From the human T2T-CHM13v2.0 reference genome, Homo sapiens: 64,000 bases of DNA. The stretch lies in the NCBI RefSeq assembly GCF_009914755.1, contig NC_060930.1; one strand, 5' to 3'. Positions 29,618-48,884 of this stretch are shown here, piece after piece; positions within the stretch are counted from its first letter, which is position 1, and every line of letters begins with the position of its first letter. The position numbers and the translations under genes were made by a program. The notes beneath the pieces are model-generated. The model made no database searches. It saw only the letters and a program-made list of their open reading frames with translations, and had not been told where the DNA came from.

Positions 29618-32600
29618 TAAAAATTCATATATTTTTAAAGGTATTTCATCATGCAGTTTCTGAAATTTTCTTTAATGCATTTAATTTGTAATAAAATCTC
29701 TCTGGTAGTTCAAAAACATAAGTCATAAGCAGATTTGTGTTTTCACTGTGTAAGAGGAGGCAAAAGGAGGTAAAATGCTGTAATATTGGAGAATGACTTT
29801 GGGTAGGAAAGAAAGAATTTTAGTTTTCTTCTTCGAAGAATGAGGAGGCCAGGCTGAGATTTAATGTACATGAGAAGTTTAACAGCAATGAAGGTGAAAC
29901 AACAAAGAAAAGACCATAATATAAATATTGGCAGGTTTTATTTGTTCAGGCAGTAATTTGCTAGGATATGAACACAGTCAATGGCCTAAGAATAATTACT
30001 TTTGATTACCCTTATTAATTTGTATGAAATGTTCATACAATAGTTTGTTAAGCAAGCACACAACATTATAAAGAATTATGGAGAGAGACAGACATATGTA
30101 GAATGTAAAGAGTAAATAATTATGCAGAGAAGACAGACAAATAAGGGTTATGGTTATATTACAAAACCGGTATAAAATCAGAGTAAAATGTGGATTTTCT
30201 AGTAATATGAATGTTAGCCACAGGATGCCTTAAAATCCACCTGATTCAATCCCCTCCTTTTATAGATGAAGAAACTGAAGACTAGAAAAAATAATAGTCA
30301 TACTTGTCCAAGTTTACATGCTGTAGTGAAATTATCTGTGCAATAGCAGTCCTTCATTTAATATTAAATACAAGACATTATAATATTTTACCACTCATCT
30401 TTATTCTTGAATTCTAAATTTGTCAGTAACTTATATGTACTCAATTTTTTATTTTTTGGCATTCTGAGTTCAACTGAATTGTAGCGTCATGTACATAACA
30501 CATTGTGTAGGGATCAGGTTATTATATGTTAATTTCCTCCATGCTCCTTTGCCATCTAGAACCTGATCTGCTGTTTTAAACAGCATGAGGCCTGTTCTCC
30601 CATTTAGGCTAACAGTGGGTGCAGAAGGGTTGAAGCATTATACTTTCTAAACTGGTTCCTTGTTCTGGAGAGTATCCATCTGAAGAGATTACCGCTCTTC
30701 TGGTGATCATCGCCATCATCGTCCAACACCTGCCTATGCACCATGTGCCAGGAATTGTGCGAACTGCTTTAATGTATTATCTCATGCAGTCTGTGTAGTC
30801 CACGCAGCTGCTGGTAAAGAACTCTGTTTCAGAGTAATACAAAGAGCCAGCAACAGAGAAAGCATAATGGCAGCTGCAGTGTAACTGGGAGAATTGTCTC
30901 TGACAATTGGCTCCCGACTGGGTCTGAGGGCATTTCTTCATCAGTCCCTCAGTTCAGCTAGCAGCCACCGCACACCTGCTCTGTGCTGGGCAGAGTGCTC
31001 AGTGCAGTGTGCCAGCTGAATGAGTGAGCACCAGCCTGTTCTCCATGTGTGACCCCCTCCTTCTTGCTCAGAGGGGTGGGCGATTGTCTGTCCCATTTAG
31101 GCTTGTGCTGACTGTGCAAGGGAGATCCCAAGGTCAGGATCTACCTCTTTGCCCATCACTGTTAATATCTGTATTATCTAACTAAAGAACTAACATTTGT
31201 ATTTTTTTTCCTGAAACTATCTGATTTTTAAAGTAATTTTTCAAGCAAGAAAATCTTTAGATCATCATATTTAATTTTCAATGATAAAATGAGGAAACAA
31301 GGCAATAGGGATTTTTTTTTATTATTTTCTTTAGTAAAAAGGTCAAGTCAGTGAAAGATCCAGAATTCATAAACTTCTATTCTATTTATTAGACCATGCA
31401 GCTCTTTCTGCTATGCACTGTACCTCAAATGGGAATTCAGAAATGAGCAAAATCTGAGATGTAGGAGTTCCAGAATGGATCTGCCACCTGCCAGCTAGCA
31501 TTCGGATCTCAAAGGGGACCTGCCTGCACTTACTTAATGGAAAGATAAATGTGTTCAAGGAACTGTTACTATAAATTCATTTAGAAACGGGACAGAGGCT
31601 TTACTCACATTCCTCTCCAGTCTGAGCTGCTGACAGATTTGGTTCACTGTACCTCTGGGGGGTAATACATTCTAGCTAAATGGCAAAGTGTGATTGTTAT
31701 TCAGAGCTCCCAAATACCTATTTCTTTTATTGTTTAAATGAACTTTATGGTTGAATTCATCCATTTATTGAAAAGTACTTTTATACACTTACTACAGGCA
31801 AGGCAGTGTATGGAATACTATGTGAGGTATTAAAAAGATAGACATTGTTCTTATCCAAAAGATGATTGTGTTATAAAAGGAAAAACAAAAGGCAAGAAAA
31901 ATATAAACAGTTTTATTAAAACTAGAATGTAAAAGGAAGAAAGAAGATACAAATTAGTGATGTTTAATTTGCTAGGATTCTAGATAGTTCTAGAATAAAA
32001 TGAAATCAATGGACCATCTTCCAAGAAAAATGGTGAATCACTCTTTAACTTCTAATAGATGTATGAGAGTAAAATGTACACATTATAAACTACACATATT
32101 TAAATTACTCTTAAGAGTAATTATATTTAGATATAAATTATTGCATTCAACATTGAAAGCATTTGTAGCCCAGGCCACGAGTGCTAATAAACAACAAGTC
32201 TTGAGCAAAGAGTGAAATATTATCACAAATATAACCGTGCTTGGTACAACAGACAGAATAACCTGGAAAATACTAGGTTCTAAGTTCTCCCAGTCAAAAT
32301 TCAATGGAGGTATCCAAAAGTCATTCCAAAAGAATGACTTCTCACCAGAAGAAAAAAATAAACATTTTTGATGGATTTTTGCTGAGAAAAATTTTTAGTA
32401 CATCTGAGAAATTTGATATACTAACGTTCTGTTCTGTATTTGTACATAGTTTGGAATTGTTTGTTTCTATTGTCTTCATACTTTTTTCAAAGAAAAGCTA
32501 TGTTTTAATTTTTGTGTAACTCTTGAAGCACCTATTTTAGACCTTTACAAAGGAAATGTATAATGTGATAGGAATCAGAAACAGAAATAACATATGCATT

Positions 32601-35564
32601 AAACCTGGACATTGGTAGCTTGGTAATTACTGCTTAGTATCAGATTATTTTGTAAATGAAATCTAAGCACATATAAATATTTTAACTATTCATAGAATCT
32701 ATTATTTCTGTTTTTTATATTTGGAGATATTTTAATTATATATATAAGATCAAAATATTAATGTCAATTTTTATTTGAAACTTTTTAGAACATCTAATTT
32801 CTTAAATTCTTCAATTATTTAAAAATATGTAGTGAATTTTTCCAAAGTATAAGGAAAATGTAAGCATACATAGATTTTACTGTTTTTTTTAATACCTTAA
32901 AGACTCATCAGTCATGAGGTTAGTTGATGGATGGAATAGTACTGAGTGACTAAGCCTATTTCTGTGGCAATGGCTCAGCCATAGAAATTAGCATTTGTCA
33001 CTCTTCTGCCTGTTTGTCTGTTACACATTCCATTCTTAAAAGTAATTTGACTAGGTATAAGATACACCAAGCAATAAGCTAGTAAGAAGGTTAATGAATA
33101 TTTAAATATATTTGCAGACATTTCTTATGTTCTTTTCAAGCCAGCCATTTGGAAAGATCACTATAGTTTTACTAAAATGTGTAGGACAATATTGCACAAT
33201 TTTAAAGGTTTGCAAAACAAAACAAGTTTTTGGCTGAAAAACATTTTTTGTAGGTTAACTAACTTATTTTGGAAATAAAAATAGCTTCAATCTAGTCTGA
33301 AGTAAGCTCTGAAAGGCAGCCCACATTCCAGTTGACAGGCGTCTGAACTAGCAGTGAAGCAGGTAGGGCTGCATTTAGCTGTCACATTAGCCCTGTCTGG
33401 CTGGTACCTACCTAATTTGAGCTTCTTTCTGCTGCACTATACCCTCAGAGGGAACAGATATTCTCTTCTAGCTTTCCATTAAGTGTGGCCCATATATATG
33501 GGGGTATGTGTGTGTATGTATAATATATAATGTATATAATCCATATGCATATATACACATATATAATTATGCTTGGAGAGATAAATCTCTCTCTCTATAT
33601 ATATATAAAATTGTAGTTGAAAGAGAGAAAATAGAACAGATTATCTTATCTTCATTATTGATTTACTCCCAACCCCTGCTTAGCTTTTGTCTTGCCTTTG
33701 TAGTTTAGGATGTAAATGACCACAGATTTATCTAACTATCTCATATGGATTTTAATAACCAAATTGTACTGATATTTTTAGTTTACTTGGTTAAATTAGA
33801 GTTATGTTGAACCCTGAAGCATTCTTTAGAGGTAGCTATAATGTATAAGAAAAAGACAAGATTTGACTTAGGGACTACAATAACTTTTATTGGAATCCCA
33901 GCTCAGAGATGTATTCTCCATGGTCCGTGGAACCATACTAGCCTGGTATTCGTAAGACACCCCCTAAACTGTGAGATCTTCTCCCACTAGTTTCCCCTCC
34001 TTTGCCCATCATAGTTTCAGTGGGAATATGGCCTAGGGGAGGCAGGGATTATAATTGTTTAGACAGTGATTCTAAGGGTTAGGATTTGCCCGAATCTTAT
34101 TTCTGCCAATCTTTCATGAGACCTCGAAATAATTACTTTAACCTTCCTATCTTCAGTTTCCTGCTCTCAAAAATGTTTGTAGTAATATCATTTAGAACAT
34201 ACGGTCTTTGTGAGAATTAAATGAGATAATGCATGTAAAGAAATCAGCACAGTTCTGTGGCACAGAGTTAAGGACTCAATATAACTTGAATTAAAATAAT
34301 TATTGTTTTGTAATAATAATATTATAAAAATGATAATATAATTTAACCTGTGTTTCCCCTCCACTTCTCTCTTCCTCTGTTCCACCCCTCTCTTCTTTTC
34401 TCCTGTTTTCTTCCATTAAGAAAAGAGTCAAGGCAAGGAATTATAGAGTCAATAAGAGAGGATGAAGATTTAGCAAAAGCAGATAAATCAATCTCTAAAT
34501 TTGGGTGTAAGAGACGCCTCTTAGGCCCCAGCGTGAAAGATACACTAGGGCCTTTGCCCTTTGAAAACCTCCCGAGCAGCAACTGGATAGAAGCAAACTA
34601 GAATGTTGAAGAGGGCTTTAAAAAGTGTTATATTGCTAGGGGTTATAAGAATGTCCTTTGACACTCATGAAATAAAGACTAAAATTGCTGCTTTTTAAAC
34701 TTATTTTGTCCTCTGAACTAATGTTTGCATCCTGCTCAGTTCAGGATTTGTTAGAATTATATGATTCTATAATTTCTTTTTGTAATCTAATTTGTATTTG
34801 TTTATTTTGTTTTTTTCTATTTACTTTATATGTTATTTTTTCAGTTATCTTTTTCTAGGCATTGTTGGGCCTCTATGTAATTCCATACTTATATTTTATA
34901 CAATCATTTATAGGTACTTCTTTCTTATCCTTATAGTGATCAGATTTCACTAATAATTGGTCACAATCAGTGACATTATGAACCTCTGAAAGGAGTGTGG
35001 TGGCTCCTTCCAGGACAACGACTGGAAATGTGGGTTCCTAACTTGACCATTCCTGTCCATACTTGATGATTTAAATTATTTGTTTTACCTCAATGTTCCT
35101 TGGGACAAATAATGTTTAAGCTTGATAACCTTTGATTTGTAGAGATATGTATTTGGGGGTATACTATCAATTTAGTGTTGCCTACAAGAGTGCTTAATAT
35201 TTTTAGAAAATTCTATTCACCAGTCACCATAATGTGTTCTGGCTCCTGTAGTAGATACATACATATACACATATGCATACATACACACATACCCCTCTGG
35301 TATATACATACATACATATACATACATACATTATGTATATGTGTGCGTGCATGATATATGTTTGTATATGTGTGTATGTATATTTACCTTTTCTGTTTCT
35401 AAATTTTTAAATATTTTAATAATATAGTTTCCTGGATTTATGCTATCTTATCCTTCATATGTTCAGAAATCTATTTTTTTCATGAAATTGTTCCTAGTTA
35501 ATATTAGTAACTTTTTAACCCACCTATTATTGAACCATATTCATACATTAGTTTTTTTTTTTCT

Positions 35565-35730
35565 AAAATAAACAACAGAAATTTATTTCTCACAATTCTG
35601 GAGGTTGAAAGTCTGAGATCAAAGTGCCAGTATGGGTTCTGATGAAAGCCCTCTCCTAGGTTTTGGACACCCAACTTCTCGTTCCATCTTCCTATGACAG
35701 AAAGAGGGCTAGAGAGTTCTCTGGAGTCCC
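35565..35730 (-). mobile_element. MaLR (MLT1/MST-like) LTR fragment
   Basis: aacaacagaaatttatttctcacaattctggaggttgaaagtctgagatcaaagtgccag is typical of a reverse MLT1/MST LTR. Confidence 0.65.
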
Positions 35731-36539
35731 CTTTATTTTATTTTATTGATTCTTAATGTATGTACATATTTATGGAGTACATGTGATCATTTGTTACATC
35801 CATAGCATTTGTAATGATCAAGTCAGGCTATTTAGGATATTCACTACTTCTAGCATGATCGAGTCACGGTATTTGGGATATTCACTATGTCTAGCATTTA
35901 CTATTTCTCTGTGATGGAAACATTGCAATCCTCTCTTCTAGCTATTTTAAAATATACAATAAATTGTTGTTAACTCTAGTTACCCTACTCTGCTATCAAA
36001 TATTAGAACTTATTTCTTCTATCTAACTGTAAGTTTGTAAACATTAACCAACTTCTCCTCGTCTGTCCTTCTCATACTCAGGTTCCCTTCCAAGTTTTCA
36101 GTAGCTATCATTCTCCTCTCTACTTCCATGAGACCAACCTTTCCATAGCCCCTACACAGGAGTGAGAACATGTGATCTTACTTTCTGCGCCTCACTTATT
36201 TCACTTACCATAATGACCTCCAATTCCATCCATGTTGCTGCAAATGACATGATTTCATTTCTTTTTCATGGTCAAATGATGTTCTATTGTGTATATATCC
36301 TACATTTTCTTTACCTATTCATGTGCTGATGAACACTTAGGTTGATTCCATATTTTGGCTATTGCAAATAGTGTTAAATAAACATAGGAGTGCATGTATC
36401 CCTTTGATATACTGATTTCCTTTCCTTTGGATACATACCCAGTAGTGAGATTGCTAGATCACATGGTAGTTCTATTTTTAGTTTATTGAGTGAGCACCAT
36501 GCTATTTTCCATAATGGCTGTACTAATTTACATTCCCAG

Positions 36540-38629
<2,090 letters not shown>

Positions 38630-41600
38630 CTCAGCAGCAGTGTATAAGAGTTCCTTTTTCTCCATGTTTTTGGTTTGCATTTGTTATTGTCTTTTTGTTT
38701 AAGAACTATTCAAACTCGGGTTAGATGATATTTCATTGTGGTTTTGACTTGCATTTCCCTGATGATTAGTGATAATGAGTGTTTTTTATATATCTGTTGT
38801 CTGTTTTTATGTCTTTTTAGAGAAATGTCTGTTCACATCCTCTGCCCACTTTTTAATGGGATTTTTTATTTATTTATTTTTTTTACTGTTGAGTTGTTTG
38901 AGCTTCTTTTATATTCTGAATATTGATCCCATGTGAGACAAATAGCTTGCAAATATTTTCTACCATTCAACAGGTTATCTCTTCACTCTGTTGGTTGTTT
39001 GCTTTGCTGTGCAGAATCTTTTTATGTCCCATATGGCTTTTTGTGTCCCATATGTCTATTTTTTGTTAATTGCCTATGCTTTTGGGTCCTTAGCCATAGA
39101 GTATTTGCCTAGACCAATGTCCTAGAGTGTTAGTCTGTGTTTCCTTCTAGTAGTTTTATACTTTCAGAACTTATATTTAAGACTTTAATTCATTTTGCAA
39201 TATTTTTTGTATATGATGAGAGATAGGAGTCTAGTTTCATTCTTTTGCCTATGGGTATCCAGTTTTTTTCAGTACCATTTATTGAAGAACCTATTCTGTT
39301 TCCGACGTATATTCTTGGCTCCTTTTCAAAAATCAGTAGACTATAAATATATGGATTTATTTCTGGATTGCCCATTTTGTTTCATTGGTCTATGTGTCTG
39401 TTTTTATACCAATACCATGCTGTTTTAGTTATTATAGCCTTGTAACACATTTTAAGGTCAGGTATTGTGATGCCTTCAGCTTTTTTTCTTTTTGCTCAGG
39501 ATTGCTTTGGTTATTCAGGCTGTTTTGGTTCCATATGAATTTTAGAAGTTTTTTTTCTTTTCTATTTCTGTGAAGAATGTCATGATATATTGGTGGTAAT
39601 TGTGTTGAATCTGTAGATTGTTTTGGGTAGTATGGCCATTTTTACAACATTAATCCTTCCTATACATGAGCATGGTCTTTTCATCTGCCTGTGTCCTCTT
39701 CAATTTCTTTAATCAATTTTTTGTAGGTTTCATTGTAGAGTTCCTCATCTCCTTAGTTAAATTTATTCCTAAGGTTTTTTACTTTTTGTTGGTAGTGTAA
39801 ATGAGATTACCTTCTTGATAGTTTGGCTGATTAGTTATTTGTGTATAAAAACATGGCTGATTTTTGTTTGTTGATTTTGTGTTCTACAACTTTACTGAAT
39901 TTGCCAAATAGAGTTTTTGGTGGAGTCTTTAGGTTTTTTAAAACATAAGATCATGTCACCTGCAAAAGGGACAATTTGACTTTTTTTTTTTCCAGTTTCA
40001 GTGTCCTTTCTTTCTGTTGTCTGATTGCTCTGAGTAGGACTTTCAGTACTTTGTTGAATAGGAGTTGTAAAAGTGGGCATCATTGTCTGGTTCAAGTTTT
40101 TAGAGGAAAGGATTTCAGCTTTTTCCCATACATTATGTTATTTGTAGGTGTGTCATATATGGCCTGTGTTATACTGAGGCATGTTCCTTTTATGCTTAGT
40201 CTGTTGAGTTTATATTATGAAGGAATGTTGAATTTTATCAAATGTTTTTCTGTGTCTGTTGAGATCACATGATTTTTACCCTTTATTCTATTGGTGTGAT
40301 GTATTACATTTATTGTTTTATGCAGGTTGAACCATCCTTGAGCTCCTGGAATAAATTCCACTTGATCATGTTGTAGTACCTTTTGGATGTTCTGTTGAAT
40401 TTAGCTTGCTACTGTTTTGTTGAGGATTTTTACATCTATGTTCACCAGGGATGTTTGCCTGTGAACATAGATACAAAACATAGATGTTCACCAGTTGTTG
40501 TTGCTGTTGTGTCCTTGTCTGCTTTTGGTATCATAATACTGACCTCATAAAATGAGTTAGGAAGAATTATCTCCTCTTGCTTTTTAACAGGTAGTTTGAG
40601 TAGAATTGGTATTAATTATTTTTTAAAAGTTAGGTAGAATATGGCAGTGAAGTCATCTGATACTGGGCTTTTCTTTGGTGGAAGCCATTTTATTATTGAT
40701 TCAATTTTGTTACTCTTATTAGCCTGTTCAGTTTTTCTACTTCTTTCTAATTCAATGTTGGTAGTAGGTTGTATGTGTCTAAAAATTTATCCATTTCCTA
40801 TAAATTTTTGAGTTTGTTAGTACATAGTTTTTCATAACAGTCTTTTAGGATTTTTTTGTATTTCAGTGTTATCTATTGTAATGTCCATTTTTTACCTTCT
40901 GATTTTGTTTATTTGGGTCTTTCATCTTTTTTTTCTTAGTTTAACTAGAAGTTTGTCAATTTTTTTTAAAGACTTTTCATTTCAATAATCCTTTGTATTA
41001 TTTTTTAAGTCTCTATTTCATTTATTTCAGTTCTGATCTTTATTATTTTTTTCTTCTACTAATACTAGGTTTGATTTGTTCTTACTTTTCTAGTTCTTGA
41101 GGTGCATCATTAGGTTATTTAAAATCTTTATATTTTCTTGATGTAGATACATATTGCTATAAACTTCCCTCTTAACACTGCTTTTCCTGTATCCGGTGTG
41201 TTTTGATGTGTTGTGTTTCCATTTTTATTTGTTTCAAGAAACTTTTAGATTTTCTGCTTAATTTACTCCATGACCTAATGGTCATTCAAGAGTATGCTGT
41301 TTAGTGTCCATATATTTGTAGAGTTTCAAAAATTCTTCTTGTTATTGATTTCTATTTTTTTGTTTATTGTGGTCTGATAAGATATTTGACTTTTGCACCT
41401 TTTCAACTTTTAAAAGTTTGTTGAAACATTTTGTGGCCTTACATTGTTTTTCCTGGACTGTTTTGTGTGCTGATGAGAAGAATGTATATTCTGCAGTTGT
41501 TGGATGAAAGGTTCTGTAAATGTCTGTTAAGTCCCTTTGGCTAAACTGCAGTTTTAATCTGATGTTTGTTGATTTTCTACCTAGATGAGCTGTTAAATGT

Positions 41601-42139
41601 TGAGAGTGGATATTAAAGTCCTTAACTATTTCTGTATTGTAGTCTGTCTGTCTCTTTAGATCAAATAAAATTTGTTTTATATATTTAGGTGCCCTGCTGA
41701 TGGGTGCATAAATATTTAGAAATGTCCTCTTGCTGAATTGATCCCTTTGTCATTATATAATGACCTGGTTTGTCTCTTTGTACTGTTTTTTGACTTAAAG
41801 TTTGTTTTATTTGATATAAGTATAGCTATTCCAGCTCACTTTTGGCTTTCATTTGCATAGAATATCTTTTTTTCATTCCTTTACTTTCTGTCTATATGTG
41901 TCTTTACGAGTGAGATGAATTTCTTTCTTTTTTTTTATTATTATACTTTAAGTTTTAGGGTACATGTGCACAATGTGCAGGTTAGTTACATATGTATACA
42001 TGTGCCATGCTGGTGTGCTGCACCCATTAACTCGTCATTTAGCATTAGGTATATCTCCTAATGCTATCCCTCCCCCCTGCCCCCACCCCACAATAGTACC
42101 CAGAGTGTGATGTTCCCCTTCCTCTGTCCATGTGTTCTC

Positions 42140-45966
<3,827 letters not shown>

Positions 45967-46029
45967 TATGATGATAGCTGGTTATTTTGCTCATTAGTTG
46001 ATGCAGTTTCTTCCTAGTCTCGATGGTCT

Positions 46030-47046
46030 TTACGTTTTGGCATGATTTTGCAGTGGCTGGTCCTGGTTGTTCCTTTGCATGTTTAGTGCTTCCTTCAGGA
46101 GCTCTTTTAGAGCAGGCCTGGTGGTGACAAAATCTCTCAGCATTTGCTTGTCTGTAAAGTATTTTATTTCTCCTTCACTTATGAAGCTTAGTTTGGCTGT
46201 ATATGAAATTCTGGGTTGAAAATTCTTTTCTTTAAGAATGTTGAATATTGGCCCCCACTCTCTTCTGGCTTGTAGAGTTTCTGCCGAGAGATCCGCTGTT
46301 AGTCTGATGGGCTTCCCTTTGAGGGTAACCCGACCTTTCTCTCTGGCTGCCGTTAACATTTTTTCCTTCATTTCAACTTTGGTAAATCTGACAATTATGT
46401 GTCTTGGAGTTGCTCTTCTCGAGGAGTATCTTTGTGGTGTTCTCTGTATTTCCTGAATCTGAATGTTGGCCTGCCTTGCTAGGTTGGGGAAGTTCTCCTG
46501 GATAATATCCTGCAGAGTTTTTTCCAACTTGGTTCCATTCTCCCCGTCTCTTTCAGGTACACCAATCAGATGTAGATTTGGTCTTTTCACATAGTCCCAT
46601 ATTTCTTGGAGGCTTTGTTCATTTCTTTTTATTCTTTTTTCTCTAAACTTCCCTTCTCGCTTCATTTCATTCATTTCATCTTCCATCACTGATACCCTTT
46701 CTTCCAGTTGATCGCATCGGCTCCTGAGGCTTCTGCATTCTTCACGCAGTTCTCGAGCCTTGGCTTTCACCTCCGTCAGCTCCTTTAAGCACTTCTCTGT
46801 ATTGTTTATTCTATTTATACATTCGTCTAAATTTTTTTCAAAGTTTTCAACTGCTTTGCCTTTGGTTTGAATTTCCTCCTGTAGCTCGGAGTAGTTTGAT
46901 CATCTGAAGCCTTCTTCTCTCAACTTGTCAACGTCATTCTCCATCCAGCTTTGTTCTGTTGCTGGTGAGGAACTGCGTTCCTTTGGAGGAGGAGAGGTGC
47001 TCTGCTTTTTAGAGTTTCCAGTTTTTCTGCTCTGTTTTTTCCCCAT
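46030..47046 (-). pseudogene. L1 ORF1p, full 338-codon frame with one premature stop
   Basis: ATG GGG AAA AAA CAG at 47046; codon 49 CGA>TGA at 46900-46902; the rest is open (ORF track 46030..46770). Confidence 0.9.
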
Positions 47047-47479
47047 CTTTGTGGTATTATCTACTTTTGGTCTTTGATGATGGTGATGTACAGATGGGTT
47101 TTGGTGTGGATGTCCTTTCTGTTTGTTAGTTTTCCTTCTAACAGACAGGACCCTCAGCTGCAGGTCTGTTGGAGTTTGCTAGAGGACCACTCCAGACCCT
47201 GTTTGCCTGGGTATCAGCAGCAGTGTCTGCAGAACTGCAGATTTTCTTGTACCGCGAATGCTGCTGTCTGATCGTTCCTCTGGAAGTTTTGTCTCAGAGG
47301 AGTATCTCGCCATGTGAGGTGTCAGTCTGCCCCTACTGGGGGGTGCCTCCCAGTTAGGCTGCTCGGGGGTCAGGGGTCAGGGACCCAGTTGAGGAGGCAG
47401 TCTGCCCGTTCTCAGATCTCCAGCTGCCTGCTGGGAGAACCACTGCTCTCTTCAAAGCTGTCAGACAGGGACATTGAAG

Positions 47480-47700
47480 TCTGCAGAGGTTACTGCTGTC
47501 TTTTTGTTTGTCTGTGCCCTGCCCCCAGAGGTGGAGCCTACAGAGGCAGGCAGACCTCCTTGAGCTGTGGTGGGCTCCACCCAGTTCAAGCTTCCTGGCT
47601 GCTTTGTTTACCTAAGTGAGCCTGGGCAATGGTGGGCGCCCCTCTCCCAGCCTCCCTGCCGCGTTGCAGTTTGATCTCAGACTTCTGTGCTAGCAATCAG
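47480..47700 (+). promoter_or_regulatory. L1 antisense promoter region, oriented toward the downstream GRIK2 exons
   Basis: Corresponds to ~nt 400-600 of the L1 5' UTR, the established ASP position; activity at this copy is not shown by sequence. Confidence 0.5.
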
Positions 47701-47883
47701 CGAGACTCCATGGGCGTAGGACCCTCCGAGCCAGGTGCAGGATATAATCTCCTGGTGCGCCATTTCCTAAGCCCGTCAGAAAAGCGCAGTATTCGGGTGG
47801 GAGTGACCTGGTTTTCCAGGTGCTGTCTGTCACCCCTTTCCTTGACCAGGAAAGGGAACTCCCTGACCCCTTGCGCTTCCTGA
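47629..47883 (+). CDS. L1 ORF0 (antisense ORF in the 5' UTR), 84 aa, open
   Basis: MVGAPLPASLPRCSLISDFCASNQRDSMGVGPSEPG… matches the recalled primate L1 ORF0; Kozak gcaATGg; donors cag|gtgcag (47734/5) and cag|gtgctg (47819/20). Confidence 0.75.
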   Translation: MVGAPLPASLPRCSLISDFCASNQRDSMGVGPSEPGAGYNLLVRHFLSPSEKRSIRVGVTWFSRCCLSPLSLTRKGNSLTPCAS

Positions 47884-48548
47884 GTGAGGCAATGCCTCGC
47901 CCTGCTTCGGCTCGCGCACAGTGCACTGCACTGCTGTTCTGTGCCCACTGTCTGGCACTCCCTAGTGAGATGAACCCGGTACCTCAGATGGAAATGCAGA
48001 AATCACCCCTCTTCTGCGTCGCTCACGCTGGGAGCTGTAGACCGGAGCTGTTCCTATTCGGTCATCTTGGCTTCTCCCCGAGATGAATTTCTTGTAGGCA
48101 GTATATAGTTGGGTCATTAAAAAAATCCATTCAGCTAGTCATATCTTTCAAATGAACACCTTATTGTGTTTATATCAAAGGTTATTATTCTTTAATTGTT
48201 TTTGTTTGTTTTGTATATCGTTTGTTCCCTTCTTTCTCTCTTATTGTTTATCATTGCGGTTTAGTGGTTTTCTGTAGTGGTTCCAGAATTTGTTTGGTTC
48301 TTTTATATGATGTCTATCTCTTTATGGAACTTTTCATTAATATCCTGATTTTTTTTTCTTTGTATTGTTTTTCTGTGTTCTCTGTGTCTCATTGAGCTTC
48401 TTTGCTATAATTATTTTGAATCTTTTTTCAGGCATTTCATAGATCTATTTTTCACTGAATATTTTGCTGAATAATTATTGTGCTCCTTTAGAGGTGTCAT
48501 ACTTCCTGGATTTTTTATTTCTTGTGTCCTTTTCTGTCCTTATGTTGA

Positions 48549-48884
<336 letters not shown>

